From assembly GCF_025526975.1 (NCBI RefSeq), contig NW_026515668.1, forward strand, positions 434,001-498,000: 64,000 nt of DNA. The letters are read 5' to 3'. This document shows positions 62,261 to 64,000 of the stretch, piece after piece (within the stretch, counting starts at the first letter, position 1; each line of letters starts with the position of its first letter). The translations under genes were made by a program, and so were the position numbers. Below the pieces are notes generated by a model that saw nothing but the letters and a program-made list of their open reading frames with translations, was not told the DNA's origin and searched no databases. Origin of the DNA: Fimicolochytrium jonesii (lineage: Eukaryota).

Positions 62261-62686
62261 ATGTTTCCCAAAAAAGTCTGCCTGTCGCTATTTATCTGCC
62301 TGCTAGCACTGACGCCGTCGATATTCGCGTTCAACTTCTTCGACTTCTTCAACGATGGAGGGCAGCAGCAACAAAACCAAGGACAACAAAATGAGAGTGC
62401 GGAGGGGCAGCGGGCAGCTACTGAGCGAGGTAGGGAAGCTGCAACAGTCAAACTGTGGGTATACTTCCCCTTTTACTCACCCAGGCGACGTTTTCCAGGT
62501 TGTCCAGGATACATCTGCCCACAAACCGCGCACTGCGTCTCAACCCCATTAGCATGCCCGTGCCCCAACCCGACAGAGAAGAAGTGTGTAGTGGGTAGCT
62601 GGTATGTCTGCGTGAGAGGCGACCAGACATGTGGGACGATCACCAAACTAGCGACGGGGTTGAATGAGGGCCACTCGGAGCTCTGA
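62261..62686 (+). CDS. LCL2: Long chronological lifespan protein 2-like secretory-pathway protein
   Basis: Signal peptide, FNFFDFF, Gln run, CPGYICPQTAHCVSTPLACPCP..KKC; ends HSEL. Probable in-frame 69-nt intron 62430..62498. Confidence 0.8.
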   Translation: MFPKKVCLSLFICLLALTPSIFAFNFFDFFNDGGQQQQNQGQQNESAEGQRAATERGREAATVKLWVYFPFYSPRRRFPGCPGYICPQTAHCVSTPLACPCPNPTEKKCVVGSWYVCVRGDQTCGTITKLATGLNEGHSEL

Positions 62687-62884
62687 AACGCATCGAATGC
62701 GGCGCATCGCACTGAAACTAGATTATGCACCATGGCATTGTATCATAGGACATGTTGCTTGCAGGAATAGATTTTTTGGAAGGTAGACTGCATTCATGTT
62801 GGCGACCATGATCGGCATCGGCGACCTCAGCATAGGTACTATCAACATGACACATGGGGAAAGGGTCTATGTATATACGCCGCT

Positions 62885-63209
62885 AGAGAGATGGGTGAGC
62901 GAAGCGTCGGTTGGTTGGTTGAGCGGACGGTTGGGCGGACGGTTGAGCGGACGGTTGAACGCTACCCTGCTCGCTCCCTCGCTACAAGGAGGCTGGGCTG
63001 CGGTGGGCGGAGCGTAGCTCGCTTCGCTCGCAAAAGATCCAACGTTCGGCGAGGCTCGCTAACGGCCGTGGTTAGAGGGACTGCGCTTTTGGCGCAAGGG
63101 ACTTGCTTCGCTCGCCGCTTCGCTTGCCCTCGGGCTCCCAGACCGAACCAAGGCCGCGCGAGTGATGGAGCGCAAGGAACTCACTCTGCTCGCGCTCGCG
63201 ATCGCTTGC
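62885..63209 (-). mobile_element. Mini-hairpin-rich interspersed repeat, copy 3 (directly after the GNAT stop codon)
   Basis: Reverse complement of GATCTTTTGCGAGCGAAGCGAG at 63018-63039; TTGCGCCAAAAGCGCA hairpin; internal 12-bp tandem (GGTTGAGCGGAC)x3. Aligns by eye with copies 1 and 2. Confidence 0.75.
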
Positions 63210-63872
63210 TTATGGCGACTTTGAAGGTTGTGGTTCCCGCACCATAACCGGAACCGAAACGGCGTCATTGACCACAGCTTGTCCAACGACTCTGAATCCA
63301 AACTTCTCGTAAATAGGTTGGGCCATAGGCGAGGCCTCCAGATACGCCGGCAGCCCCTGCTCATCAGCCTGCTTCAGACCCCAGCGAATGATCGGCGAAG
63401 CTGCCCCAAGACCCTGATGTTTGGGATGAGTGCAGATCAACTTGAGATACCAATGGGGCCGATCACCAACAAATTGCTGTTGCGTCGTCCCTAGCGCTTT
63501 CTCGAAGGCAGCCAGAAACTCTTCATCGCAGTCGTCTGCCGGCTCGTTAGGGTCCTTCTGCGGCGCGTGATACTCCTTTTCCTTGGGTTCCTTTGCTTCC
63601 TTCTTCGGAACACCCCAAATCCCGTAGGCTGCGATTTCCCCGGTATCCTGACGCACAACCTTGAAGAACTTCAAGCCGCGTTTTTCAGAGTCAGCAAGCA
63701 TCTGCCCGTGGCGGTATTTGACGTTGGCGAGACGGGCTTGGGTGGTGGTGCCTCTTGGGTTTATGTGGACCGCTACGATATCGGTCTCAAAGGCAGCAAC
63801 ATCGAGGTCTGCCACGGTGGGAATGTCGGATGAGTGTACAGGCTCGAGGGACAGCTGCGGCCTGACCGTCAT
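63210..63872 (-). CDS. GNAT-family N-acetyltransferase, intronless
   Basis: WYLKLICTHPKHQGLGAASPIIRWGL (acetyl-CoA motif A); YLEASPMAQPIYEKFGF. Confidence 0.92.
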   Translation of the reverse strand: MTVRPQLSLEPVHSSDIPTVADLDVAAFETDIVAVHINPRGTTTQARLANVKYRHGQMLADSEKRGLKFFKVVRQDTGEIAAYGIWGVPKKEAKEPKEKEYHAPQKDPNEPADDCDEEFLAAFEKALGTTQQQFVGDRPHWYLKLICTHPKHQGLGAASPIIRWGLKQADEQGLPAYLEASPMAQPIYEKFGFRVVGQAVVNDAVSVPVMVREPQPSKSP

Positions 63873-64000
63873 CGTATTGGTGAACCGCAAGTAGATGTGT
63901 TGGGAGGAGGTGTTTCTGGTGGTACTGTGGCGAGCCCGAGGGTTGACTTCCCAAAGCCCGAGGGTTTGTGGGCAAGCGTCAGAGCAGCGACGTCTGCGAC

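Noticed and set aside
61411..62394. 327-aa ORF on + strand
   Set aside because: Antisense to ESF2; its Ser/Phe runs mirror the Glu/Lys codons of the real gene.

Overview
Gene-dense, intron-containing eukaryotic DNA (GT-AG introns mostly 55-110 nt). It is most likely from an early-diverging, chytrid-like fungus: fungal-type genes (LCL2, NTA1, a Ync13/Git1-like C2-MUN protein) sit beside genes usually missing from Dikarya (WNK kinase, ARHGAP39, TTC36, an ATF6-like membrane bZIP). The taxon is inferred, not proven. About 25 protein-coding genes were reconstructed by eye, so exon boundaries are manual. Accessory content: (i) a decayed nitronate monooxygenase pseudogene; (ii) a 411-bp hAT-type MITE with an 8-bp TSD; (iii) a 215-bp TA-flanked MITE with perfect TIRs; (iv) three diverged copies of a non-coding repeat packed with GCGNAGC mini-hairpins and sharing the 18-mer TTTTGCGAGCGAAGCGAG; (v) a degenerate alternating 15/17-nt array. 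The most notable genes are an intact bacterial-type GH77 amylomaltase (malQ) with an intron and an NLS-like insertion, an ATF6-like transcription factor, an ER-retained Cys-Pro-repeat protein, and a Zn-finger-Nudix fusion. No rRNA, tRNA, CRISPR array or intact transposase was found.
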